A stretch of 28,273 bases of DNA from Planctomycetota bacterium (GTDB lineage: Bacteria; Planctomycetota; B15-G4; JADJEK01): contig JBGAIQ010000067.1 in assembly GCA_044225365.1 (NCBI GenBank), positions 1 to 28,273 on the forward strand, in the 5' to 3' direction. Made by a program: the position numbers and the translations under genes. Numbering within the stretch: position 1 is the first letter of the stretch; every line of letters begins with the position of its first letter. The notes under the pieces are model-generated. The model was not told the origin of the DNA. It was given only the letters and a program-made list of their open reading frames with translations, and searched no databases. Below are positions 9,866 through 17,573 of this stretch, one piece after another.

Positions 9866-12634
9866 TCAGCTCGATCGCCGGCGCCTACGAGTGCGCAGCG
9901 TCCAGCCGACCGCGAGCAAGACCGCGCCGCTCGAAAGGACCGTCACCGTGGTCCACGAGCGGTGCGGTTCGCGTTCACGCACCGAGCTACGAAAGGTCAA
10001 GGGACGATGCCCGAGGCCGTCGAGACGGAATCGCGCCGCGACGCGACGACGCTCTTGCGCGTCGAACGAATCGCAGTCGTCGAGCAACCACGAGCGCGCC
10101 CGCGCGAGCGCCTCACTCGGCGAGTCTTGGAGCCGCATCCGCTCGTGCATCGTGAGGAGGAGGGCGGCGGTCGGGCCTGCGCGCACGTCGCTCCCTGCCG
10201 AAACGACCGCCCTCGCGCCGCCGAGCAGGAATGCACCGCTGAGATCCGCAGCGCCTGCATCGCCGCGGCGGAGCGGGCCGACGCCGGAGCGACAAGCCGC
10301 AAGCACGACGAGATCCGCCGCGGGCAGCGTTTCGGCGATATCGCAGGTCAGCGCGAACGCGGGATGACCGCCGGACGGAGCGAGCACGAGCCGCGCGGGC
10401 CGGGGATCGGATGGATCGAGGAAACCGTGCGTGAAGAACTGAAGCGTCACGGGCGGAATCGAGAGAGCAGCCCGCAATCCGTCGAGAGTCGCGCCGTCGC
10501 CGTCGAGGACGAGTGCGTCCCCGTAGAGATCCGAGAACTCGGTCACCCGAGCATCGGCGGCAGAGAGCGGCGCGAAGACGGGGTCGCCCGAATCATGCGA
10601 ATCGTGAGGATCGTGCGACGGGGGCGGCGTCGGCGCCGCGACGAGTAGGAGGTCTCGCCCCCGCTTCGGCTCGGTGGCACGCGCGCGGCGCACGAGCCAC
10701 GAAAGGCTGGGAACTCGGCAGAGCGCTTTTTTCGCCCCGAACATCTCGCCGCTCGGGAGTCGCGCGGCCTCGATGGCCGGAGCGCCGAACGATTCGAGCC
10801 CGCAGACCGTGACGAACCGCGACGCTTCGAGAACGGGCACGACCTCGCTCGGAACCAACAACTCGAAGAGCGCGCGGCCCGCGTCGCGATCGTCCTGCCC
10901 CGAGTCCAACGCATCGTCGAGCGCCGCCGCCGCGTCGCGAAGCCTCGAGATCCCCGCTCGATCGAATCGCGACACGCGATCGTGAGTGACGACGAAGAGC
11001 TGCGTCGACTCCGGCGACGGCAGCCACGCGAGCAGCACCTCTCCCGGTTCGAGAACGGCGGAGCGCAGGTCCTCGAGCGAGGCCGGCACTCCGCCACCGA
11101 GCCGCGAGCGGGCGTCGATGGCGAAGACGAGATCGAGCGCACGCTCGTCTCCCCCGCCGCCCTCATTCAACTCCGCTTCCGCGCGAATCGCCTCCACGAT
11201 CAACTCGCAGCGACTCGCGAAGTGGAAGAAGCCCAGCCCTGCCGGGATTCGCGGGGCGGCGTCCCACTCCGAGAGCACCTCCTTCACCGCGGTCCGGAGT
11301 CCGACGGTCGCCGTGTGGAGTCGATCGCCCTTTCCCGTCGACGGATCATGTCTCTCGAGATCCGCCGCGAGAGCGCACCGCTGCGCCTCGAGAGTTCCCA
11401 TTGAAGCCTGTCCCGCCGCGTCGAGAAGGCCGCGCGCCGCGTCGAGATGTCCGCGAGCCGACGCGATCTCGTTCGCGAGGATGGCCACCCGCGCTGCCGC
11501 GAACCGCGCGAGGATGCGATCCTCCGCGGTGAGGACGTCGCCTCGCTCGACCCATTGGATCGCCACTTCCGCCCGCCGCCTCGCCTCGGGCAAGCGCTGT
11601 CGATCGTCGATGGCGGCGCGGGCGGAGGCCTGCGCGGCGCGGACGTCGAGAGCCGCGATCGCGCCGATTCCGAGAGCGGCGAGTCCTTGGTCTCCTGCGG
11701 CGTCCGCTTTGGTCGAGTCGATGAGTTTCAGAGCCGAGCGATCGTCCTCGCGTGCCAGCGCCAAATGGATGCGGTGCAGGATCGAAGCAAATCTCGTTTC
11801 GGGCGGTTGCGACGCGTCCGCGAGTCGTCGCTCGAGATCGAACATCGGCGCAGCGAGATCCGCACGACCGAGGTCGAGGAAGACTTGTCCGCGTTCCCCC
11901 GCGATCTCGCAGCGGGTCGTCGAATGAAGGTCGATCGGATCGACCAGCGCGCGATCCAGGAGCGCTGCTTCCGCGAGATCGAGCGACGCGAGTGCGCCGC
12001 GGAAATCGCCCTTGTCACGCTCGAGGCTCGCGAGTTCGGCTCTCAGGATCGGGCCGACGCGGCGAGCCGTCCCACACACCGGCAATTCCTCGAGGAGGAT
12101 CGAAAGGGCTTCGTCCACCCGACCGCCGCGAGCTCGCAGGCGCACTCGTGGAAGCGTCACGCTTGCGCGCAGCTCGGGATCGGCTTCGCTCCAATGCTTC
12201 AACATCGTCGCCGCGAGATCCAATCGCGTGAGCGCAACCTCGGGAGCGACGAAGTCCGCGAGTCGGATCGCACCGGCCGCATACGTCACGATCGCTTCGA
12301 AATCGCTCGAAGCCCCGCTCTCGACGATCGAAGAACAATCGCGTAGGAGCGCTTCGAGTTCGTCGATCGCATGGGCCCGCTGATCCACGTCCGCGGAATC
12401 GAGCGCGCCGTAGATCGACCCGAATCGTTCCCGAAGACTCGGAGGCTCTCGGAATGTCGCCCATGAAGGAGCGGCGAACGCTCCCGCGATCGTGAGGAGC
12501 GCCGCGATCAGTGTTGCGCGACGACGACGTGCGCGCTCGACTTCGCGACCTCGATGTTCGTCGCGTCGAGCACGCGCACCTCCCAGCGAAATCGGCCGGG
12601 CAGCTTCGCGATGTCGGCAGGTTCGAGGATCCAA
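9866..12634 (-). CDS. CHAT-domain (caspase-like clan CD) protease with TPR-like helical region, probable signal peptide and C-terminal TM anchor
   Basis: Catalytic dyad motifs LQFFTHG (His codon 10427-10429) and VVLAACRSG (Cys codon 10292-10294); LSGAFLLGGARAVV; SPSEALARAR; Ala/Leu-rich helical repeats; hydrophobic LIAALLTIAGAFAAPSWA near the N-terminus and VTVLSSGAVLLAVGWTL-RTRRRRR at the C-terminus. True start uncertain (TTG 12634 or CTG 12511). Confidence 0.9.
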   Translation of the reverse strand: MDPRTCRHREAARPISLGGARARRDEHRGREVERARRRRATLIAALLTIAGAFAAPSWATFREPPSLRERFGSIYGALDSADVDQRAHAIDELEALLRDCSSIVESGASSDFEAIVTYAAGAIRLADFVAPEVALTRLDLAATMLKHWSEADPELRASVTLPRVRLRARGGRVDEALSILLEELPVCGTARRVGPILRAELASLERDKGDFRGALASLDLAEAALLDRALVDPIDLHSTTRCEIAGERGQVFLDLGRADLAAPMFDLERRLADASQPPETRFASILHRIHLALAREDDRSALKLIDSTKADAAGDQGLAALGIGAIAALDVRAAQASARAAIDDRQRLPEARRRAEVAIQWVERGDVLTAEDRILARFAAARVAILANEIASARGHLDAARGLLDAAGQASMGTLEAQRCALAADLERHDPSTGKGDRLHTATVGLRTAVKEVLSEWDAAPRIPAGLGFFHFASRCELIVEAIRAEAELNEGGGGDERALDLVFAIDARSRLGGGVPASLEDLRSAVLEPGEVLLAWLPSPESTQLFVVTHDRVSRFDRAGISRLRDAAAALDDALDSGQDDRDAGRALFELLVPSEVVPVLEASRFVTVCGLESFGAPAIEAARLPSGEMFGAKKALCRVPSLSWLVRRARATEPKRGRDLLLVAAPTPPPSHDPHDSHDSGDPVFAPLSAADARVTEFSDLYGDALVLDGDGATLDGLRAALSIPPVTLQFFTHGFLDPSDPRPARLVLAPSGGHPAFALTCDIAETLPAADLVVLAACRSGVGPLRRGDAGAADLSGAFLLGGARAVVSAGSDVRAGPTAALLLTMHERMRLQDSPSEALARARSWLLDDCDSFDAQERRRVAARFRLDGLGHRPLTFRSSVREREPHRSWTTVTVLSSGAVLLAVGWTLRTRRRRRSS

Positions 12635-13185
12635 CGAGGCTCCTGGAGAAACGGGCTCTCGAGGATCGGGACCCGCGTCGTACCGAGCTCATCATAAACG
12701 CGCACGACGAACGAACCGGCGCTCGGCAATTCCGCTTCGAACGAGAACTGCGTGACGCTCGTGACCTCGCCCGTGGGCTCCAGTCTCCAGTCCGTCGCGC
12801 CACCGAGAGTCGTGCCCGACTCCGGCCGATCGGGTCGCATCGCCCGGAATGCGATTCCGATCGTCGCGAGGACGAGGATCGCCGCGGCGACCCGAACGAT
12901 TCGGGAGATCGGCACGGGGTGCGGGCGACTTCGTCGTCCGGCAGCAAGATCGTCACCCGGAACGATCTTCCTGCCCGAGGATTCCCCCGAAGGAAATGCG
13001 CGACGTGTTCCCGCGCGCTCCAGGTTTCCTGCCGTTTCGAGGGTGGCTTCGAGGCGTCGCAGATCCGCGAGCGCCGCCTGACACTCGGTGCAGGCGTCGA
13101 TCTTCTGCTCGATCTCGGCAGCGAGCGTTTCGCCCGAAAGACGCATGACGAGCCAGTCTTCGTGACTCGAATCGTGCGCACTCAC
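12508..13185 (-). CDS. Probable transmembrane anti-sigma factor (degenerate zf-HC2/ZAS, one TM, extracytoplasmic beta domain)
   Basis: GTG at 13185 overlaps the sigma stop (GTGA); EIEQKIDACTECQAAL CxxC motif; TM IVRVAAAILVLATIGIAF; C-terminal beta-rich domain (FVVRVYD...FRWEVRVLD). The ORF-track start at 13521 lies inside the sigma gene. Confidence 0.8.
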   Translation of the reverse strand: MSAHDSSHEDWLVMRLSGETLAAEIEQKIDACTECQAALADLRRLEATLETAGNLERAGTRRAFPSGESSGRKIVPGDDLAAGRRSRPHPVPISRIVRVAAAILVLATIGIAFRAMRPDRPESGTTLGGATDWRLEPTGEVTSVTQFSFEAELPSAGSFVVRVYDELGTTRVPILESPFLQEPRWILEPADIAKLPGRFRWEVRVLDATNIEVAKSSAHVVVAQH

Positions 13186-13802
13186 GACGCACCCGCCGTG
13201 GCGAGCTCGCCGCCTTGGAATCGCTCGCGCAGCTTCAGCAGTGCGCGGTAATACGTCGTCTTCGCGGTGTTCGAGGAGATCGCGAGCTTCGCCCCGATCT
13301 CCTCGAACGTGAGCATCTCGAAATGCTTGAGCCGAATCACGCGCTCGCTCTCCCACGGCAGTTCCTGGAGCAGGCGAAGTGCCCGCTCGATCGCGAAGAC
13401 GTCCGGCGTCGACCCGGGATCGGCGCTCGCCGCATCGACGGAATCGGGGTCGAGCGCTGGCCGACGGCGCTGGCGGCGCAGGAAGGTGAGGATCTCGAGC
13501 TGGCAGATTCGATACACCCAACTCTCGAGGGTCGCTCTTCCCTCGAACGTCGGGAGCTTCTGCCAGACGAGGAGCATTACGTCCTGACCCACGTCGTCGA
13601 GATCGGACGCCCCCAAGGGTCGACCGAGTTGCTCGTTCTGGGCCGACAGGATGCGTGGCACACAGGACATGCGGTCGAGGATCTGTTCCATCGCGGGTCG
13701 CTCGCCTGCGGAGGCCGCACGCGCGAGCGCCAAGTCGCCCGGTGCGATCACTTCCGCTCCGGGCATTGGCGTCTCGAATGGACCGGACGGTTTCACCTGC
13801 AT
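13182..13802 (-). CDS. ECF-type RNA polymerase sigma factor
   Basis: Region 2 DLDDVGQDVMLLVWQKLPTFEGRATLESWVYRI; region 4 LPWESERVIRLKHFEMLTFEEIGAKLAISSNTAKTTYYRAL. Alternative start ATG 13766. Confidence 0.93.
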   Translation of the reverse strand: MQVKPSGPFETPMPGAEVIAPGDLALARAASAGERPAMEQILDRMSCVPRILSAQNEQLGRPLGASDLDDVGQDVMLLVWQKLPTFEGRATLESWVYRICQLEILTFLRRQRRRPALDPDSVDAASADPGSTPDVFAIERALRLLQELPWESERVIRLKHFEMLTFEEIGAKLAISSNTAKTTYYRALLKLRERFQGGELATAGAS

Positions 13803-13825
13803 CGAGAATCTCTGCGAGGCCGTAG

Positions 13826-13849
13826 GACGCGACTACCGGATCAAGTTTC
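13826..13849 (-). promoter_or_regulatory. Candidate ECF promoter upstream of the sigma/anti-sigma/CHAT operon
   Basis: Minus strand GAAAC-N15-CGTC, resembling the common ECF AAC/CGT consensus, directly upstream of the ECF gene. Spacer is one base shorter than the usual 16. Confidence 0.4.
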
Positions 13850-13884
13850 GCCGTCGCGGTCGAGATCCTTTTGGAGGTGCGCTC

Positions 13885-14364
13885 CTACAAGGAAAGCTCC
13901 ATCTCCCCGGAGCGATGCGCGAAGCCCGCATTGGAATACACGGGAGCACCGGCCTCGGTCGCGTGCAGACGCAACCGCCCGAGACCGAGCGATCGAGCCT
14001 TCGCGAGCGAAGCGGACACGAGTGCGCCTGCCACGCCGTTACGACGCCAGGCGGGCATGGTGTAGACGTTCAGCAGGTAGCCTTCTGCCCGCGCCGTGAG
14101 CAGCGGCGAGGGCAATCGCGGGTAGATGAGCAGCGCGAGCGAACCGATCGCGATCGCGTCGCGATTCTCGGCGAGCCAGGCGATGCATTGCCCACGCTCG
14201 ATCGCTTCCGAGAAGGCCTCACTCGAAGCCGCCTCGAAGAGTGCGGTCGCCTCTACCGGGTACTTCCCGAGTTCCCGGAACAATGCGCCACGCAGTTCCG
14301 TGAAGGTGCGCGCGTCGGCGGGCGTTGCGACGCGGATCGAGAACGACGAGGCGGAGGGGAGCAT
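13885..14364 (-). CDS. GNAT family N-acetyltransferase
   Basis: IRVATPADA; GYLLNVYTMPAWRRNGVAGAL (acetyl-CoA binding motif A); LRLHATEAGAPVYSNAGF. Confidence 0.92.
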   Translation of the reverse strand: MLPSASSFSIRVATPADARTFTELRGALFRELGKYPVEATALFEAASSEAFSEAIERGQCIAWLAENRDAIAIGSLALLIYPRLPSPLLTARAEGYLLNVYTMPAWRRNGVAGALVSASLAKARSLGLGRLRLHATEAGAPVYSNAGFAHRSGEMELSL

Positions 14365-14427
14365 GCGCGGAGTCTCGGTGGCCGGGAGCGGCTCGACGAG
14401 AAGAAGATCAAACTCTTAGGCGGAGTG

Positions 14428-14479
14428 CAAAAGATGCGCCGCCGCAAACGTCCGACCAGAGTCGTTTGCGACGGCGCGT
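14428..14479 (-). terminator. Probable intrinsic terminator of the 18277->14583 operon
   Basis: Inverted repeat 14434-14450 / 14463-14479; the internal mismatch becomes a G-U pair on the minus strand, followed by CUUUU. Confidence 0.6.
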
Positions 14480-14582
14480 TGAGGATTCGAAAGAGCCGCC
14501 ACGTCGGGAGTGGGGAGACTTGTGACGTCGAACGAGCCGACGTCCACCGACAGAGACTCCTCTCTCGAAACCTTGTCGTTCG

Positions 14583-15407
14583 TCAGTTTCCGCCGGGCTG
14601 CTTCTGCGAGCCGCCCGTGCCGGGCTTCGCAGCTCCACCGCCCTGGCCATTGTTTCCAAAGCCGCCACCGAATCCGCCGGGCCCGCCGCCACCACCACCA
14701 CGACCGCCGCGACCGCCGCCGCCGAAGGGATTGCCGTAGCTCTCTTCGTACTTGGTGATCTGCTCGTTGGTGAGATAACGGGCGAGGTCGTTCTTGGTCT
14801 CGGTTCGCAGCGTGTCCCACTGCGACTTCATCGAAGCGAAGTCCGGCGGGTTGCCGTTGTTGTTCTGCATCTGATCGCGCATCGCGTCGCGCTTCGCCTG
14901 CTCGTCGGTGAGCGTCTTGCGCATTTCCGTCTGCTGGAACGCGTTCAGATTCAGGTCCTTCGCGATCTGCGTGAAGCGCTGCTCGAAGCGTTCGGCATCG
15001 CGCTTCTTGCGATCCTCCTCACGCTTCTGCTCTTCCTTGGCCTTTACGTCGGCGATCACGGTCTCGACCTGCTGGCGAAGACCGTCCGGAACCTTGTTCG
15101 GCTCGCGGAGCGACTCCGCGAGCTGCCGCAGTTCCGGCGTGAGGTCGGCGGCCGGTGCCTTCGCGGCGACTTCCTCACGTTGCGGTGAGGCGGTCACCAC
15201 GGGACTCTGCTCCAGCATCTTCACGCGCTGCAGAAGGTCCTCATTGATGCTCTTCAGTGTCGACAGTTCGGAGCGGAGATCGACCACGCTCGGGTCGTTG
15301 CTCGCCACGCTCGACTCGTGCGTGGAGCCGAGTCCGGCAGCGAGGTAGCCGCCGACACTGCCCGCGACGAGCGCCGCAATGGCGCTGAACAAGATCTGTG
15401 CTTTCAT
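14583..15407 (-). CDS. Exported or membrane-anchored coiled-coil protein with LTxxQ-like motifs and Gly-rich (RGG/FGG) tail
   Basis: Hydrophobic N-terminus ILFSAIAALVAGSVGGYLAAGL; charged helices; LNLNAFQQ and YLTNEQ; tail GGGGRGGRGGGGGGPGGFGGGFG; strongly biased codon usage. Confidence 0.8.
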   Translation of the reverse strand: MKAQILFSAIAALVAGSVGGYLAAGLGSTHESSVASNDPSVVDLRSELSTLKSINEDLLQRVKMLEQSPVVTASPQREEVAAKAPAADLTPELRQLAESLREPNKVPDGLRQQVETVIADVKAKEEQKREEDRKKRDAERFEQRFTQIAKDLNLNAFQQTEMRKTLTDEQAKRDAMRDQMQNNNGNPPDFASMKSQWDTLRTETKNDLARYLTNEQITKYEESYGNPFGGGGRGGRGGGGGGPGGFGGGFGNNGQGGGAAKPGTGGSQKQPGGN

Positions 15408-15415
15408 GGAATCAC

Positions 15416-16423
15416 TCAGCTCGCGAAATGGGTGAGGACTTCTTCGGGAACCTTGACCTCGACGGCGCCGGTCTTCGAGATCGCGTACGTCGACTTGCGC
15501 TTCATGTCGATGTGTCGGTCCTCGAGATCCATCGACATCTGCGTGTCGAGGACGATCGATTCGACCGTACCGTCGGCCGCAACGACCATTTCGAACAGAC
15601 CGGTCGCCTTGCGCTCCGGACCCGCGTCGTCACCGTCACGGCGGCGGCCACCCATCTGGGTGAGCGCGAGCGCCGCGGCCTCGGTGAGCTTGCCCTTGAT
15701 GATGGACTTGCCGTCCTTCGTCTCCATCGTGGCTTCGGCGATCTTGCCGTCGAAGTCCTTCGCGAGCGCGCTCGGCGTGCGCAACGACGTGAGGCCCATG
15801 AGGCCACCCATCATGCCGCCCGGGCCGCGACCACCGCGCCCCCCGCCACCGCCCGCCGCGCCGCCGGCACCCGCGCCTTCGCCTGCCTTCGGCGGCGCCG
15901 CGCCGCCGCCGGCACCGGCCTTGGGCGCGCCACCCGCGCCGTCCGCACCCTTGGCGCCGCCGCCTTCACCGCCTGCGCCGCCCTGACCACCGGGACCGCC
16001 CGGTCCGCCGGGACCTCGACCGCCGCGACTGCGGTCGAGCAGTTCCCACGCGCCCTCGGCGTTCTTGTGGACGATCTTGCCGTCCTGAACGTAGGCCTCG
16101 GTGTCGCCCTGCTTCACATGCATCGGAACGCCACTCTGGAATTCGACGTGCGTCGTCTGGGGCGGACGCGGAGCGCCGCCGCCGGCGCCACCGCCACCAT
16201 CGCCACCGCGGCCGCCGCCGAAGCCGCCGCTCATCTCCGTCGTGAGGTCGAACATGTAGCTCTTCGCATCCGCGAGCTTCTTGCAGGCCGCGGCGAGCGC
16301 CGCCTTGGTCTCGGGAGCGATCGTGGGCGCGGCCTGAGCAGCGGGCGCCGGCGCCGCGGGCTTCGCGGCCGTGTCCTGGAACGGGGAGGCCAAAAGGAGG
16401 CAGGCGAAGACGAACGAACTCAT
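15416..16423 (-). CDS. Exported hypothetical protein, possible LolA/LppX-like beta fold interrupted by Gly-rich inserts
   Basis: Signal peptide MSSFVFACLLLASPFQ; SD AGAAGGA; ATGA overlap with upstream gene; beta-strand pattern KLADAKSYMFDLTTE...YVQDGKIVHK...FEMVVAADGTVESI...VEVKVPEE. The fold call is inference. Confidence 0.78.
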   Translation of the reverse strand: MSSFVFACLLLASPFQDTAAKPAAPAPAAQAAPTIAPETKAALAAACKKLADAKSYMFDLTTEMSGGFGGGRGGDGGGGAGGGAPRPPQTTHVEFQSGVPMHVKQGDTEAYVQDGKIVHKNAEGAWELLDRSRGGRGPGGPGGPGGQGGAGGEGGGAKGADGAGGAPKAGAGGGAAPPKAGEGAGAGGAAGGGGGRGGRGPGGMMGGLMGLTSLRTPSALAKDFDGKIAEATMETKDGKSIIKGKLTEAAALALTQMGGRRRDGDDAGPERKATGLFEMVVAADGTVESIVLDTQMSMDLEDRHIDMKRKSTYAISKTGAVEVKVPEEVLTHFAS

Positions 16424-17208
16424 GGGTTTTCCTTCTCGTCGTTGGATTCGGTCATCCGACCCCCACGCGGACCACGGCGATCGAACGAGAGTCGTTCGGC
16501 ATGGAACCGGTCGAGCGTGGGCTTGTCGGCGATCGTGGATAGATTGGCTTCGAGCTGATCACGGAGTTTCGTGAGCTCGGTCATGGGATTCGGCGCGTTC
16601 GGGTCGGCCTTTGCCGTTTCGGAACCCTTCGCGCACCCTGGCCCGCCGCTCGCGGCAGAACTGGCCGGACCGGTGAAGGGCGCGAACGATGCGAACACCT
16701 TCTGCTTGTCGCTCTCGTAGTCGGAGAGCAGCGTTTCGACCCGCTTCATCGTTGCGGCATCGAACTGCGCATTCTTCTTGAACCAGGCGACGTTGGATGC
16801 GACGCGCTCGCGGCGATGTCGCTCGAACATCTGCTCCGTCAGTTCCTTCATCTTGGCGCGCTGCTCGTCCGTGAGGATCGCGAGCAGGTCGCTGCGCGAC
16901 TTGTCGCGGATCTCGTGCATCGCGTCCTCGTGTTCACGCATCGCGACCGAAGCGGCGTCGAGGATCTTCGAGACTTGCTCGCGCTGTTCGTCGGTGAGGC
17001 CGAGATCGGTCACTAGGTGGCCGATCGAACCGAAGAGCGGACCTTCGAAACGATGCCCGTGGTCGCGATCTCCCCAGCCGATTCCGCGAGGCGTCGACTG
17101 CGAGTTCGGATTGGAGGGAGGCGAACTGGTCGCGAAGATCCGCGACGATTCCCAGCCGATCCCGAAGACGAGCGCGGCGAGCGCGCCGAGCCAGAGTGCG
17201 GATCTCAT
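16420..17208 (-). CDS. Periplasmic Spy/CpxP/CnrX-like LTxxQ helical protein
   Basis: ATG 17208 with GGAGG SD and ATGA overlap; signal/TM MRSALWLGALAALVFGIGW; two LTDEQ motifs (DLGLTDEQREQV, AILTDEQRAKM). Confidence 0.82.
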   Translation of the reverse strand: MRSALWLGALAALVFGIGWESSRIFATSSPPSNPNSQSTPRGIGWGDRDHGHRFEGPLFGSIGHLVTDLGLTDEQREQVSKILDAASVAMREHEDAMHEIRDKSRSDLLAILTDEQRAKMKELTEQMFERHRRERVASNVAWFKKNAQFDAATMKRVETLLSDYESDKQKVFASFAPFTGPASSAASGGPGCAKGSETAKADPNAPNPMTELTKLRDQLEANLSTIADKPTLDRFHAERLSFDRRGPRGGRMTESNDEKENP

Positions 17209-17573
17209 TCCGGGACCTCCACATTGAAGAGGTCGGCGACCAGGCGGTCCGGAGTGGCGCTCGCCGCGTTCTCCGTGTCGCTCGAATCGACGGCGAAGAG
17301 CGACTGGACGACGTCGTCGTCGCCCGCTCCGAACGTTGCGGTCTTGCCGCGATGTGCCGCGACGACGAGTGATACGAGTAGGCCCGCCGCGACGACCGTC
17401 GCATTGCGCAACCGACGGGAACCGATCTCGGCGTTCACGTCCCGCGGCGACCGGGAACCGATGCGAGCGAGCACCGCGCCGACATCGACGCTCGATGCGG
17501 ACGCACTCCGATCGAGAACGCCGCGCACCAGCGCGTCGATTTCGATCTCTGCGGATTCGCGATCGTCGTTCAC
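17205..17573 (-). CDS. Small single-pass membrane protein, probable anti-sigma factor
   Basis: GTG 17573 overlaps the sigma stop (GTGA); 122 aa; acidic N-terminal helix EIEIDALVRGVL; TM ATVVAAGLLVSLVVAA; lies directly downstream of an ECF gene. Confidence 0.65.
   Translation of the reverse strand: MNDDRESAEIEIDALVRGVLDRSASASSVDVGAVLARIGSRSPRDVNAEIGSRRLRNATVVAAGLLVSLVVAAHRGKTATFGAGDDDVVQSLFAVDSSDTENAASATPDRLVADLFNVEVPE

Noticed and set aside
9866-13802. Type III-E CRISPR (Craspase) locus
   Set aside because: CHAT and sigma are present but there is no Cas7-11 or array in the window, and the CHAT looks exported.
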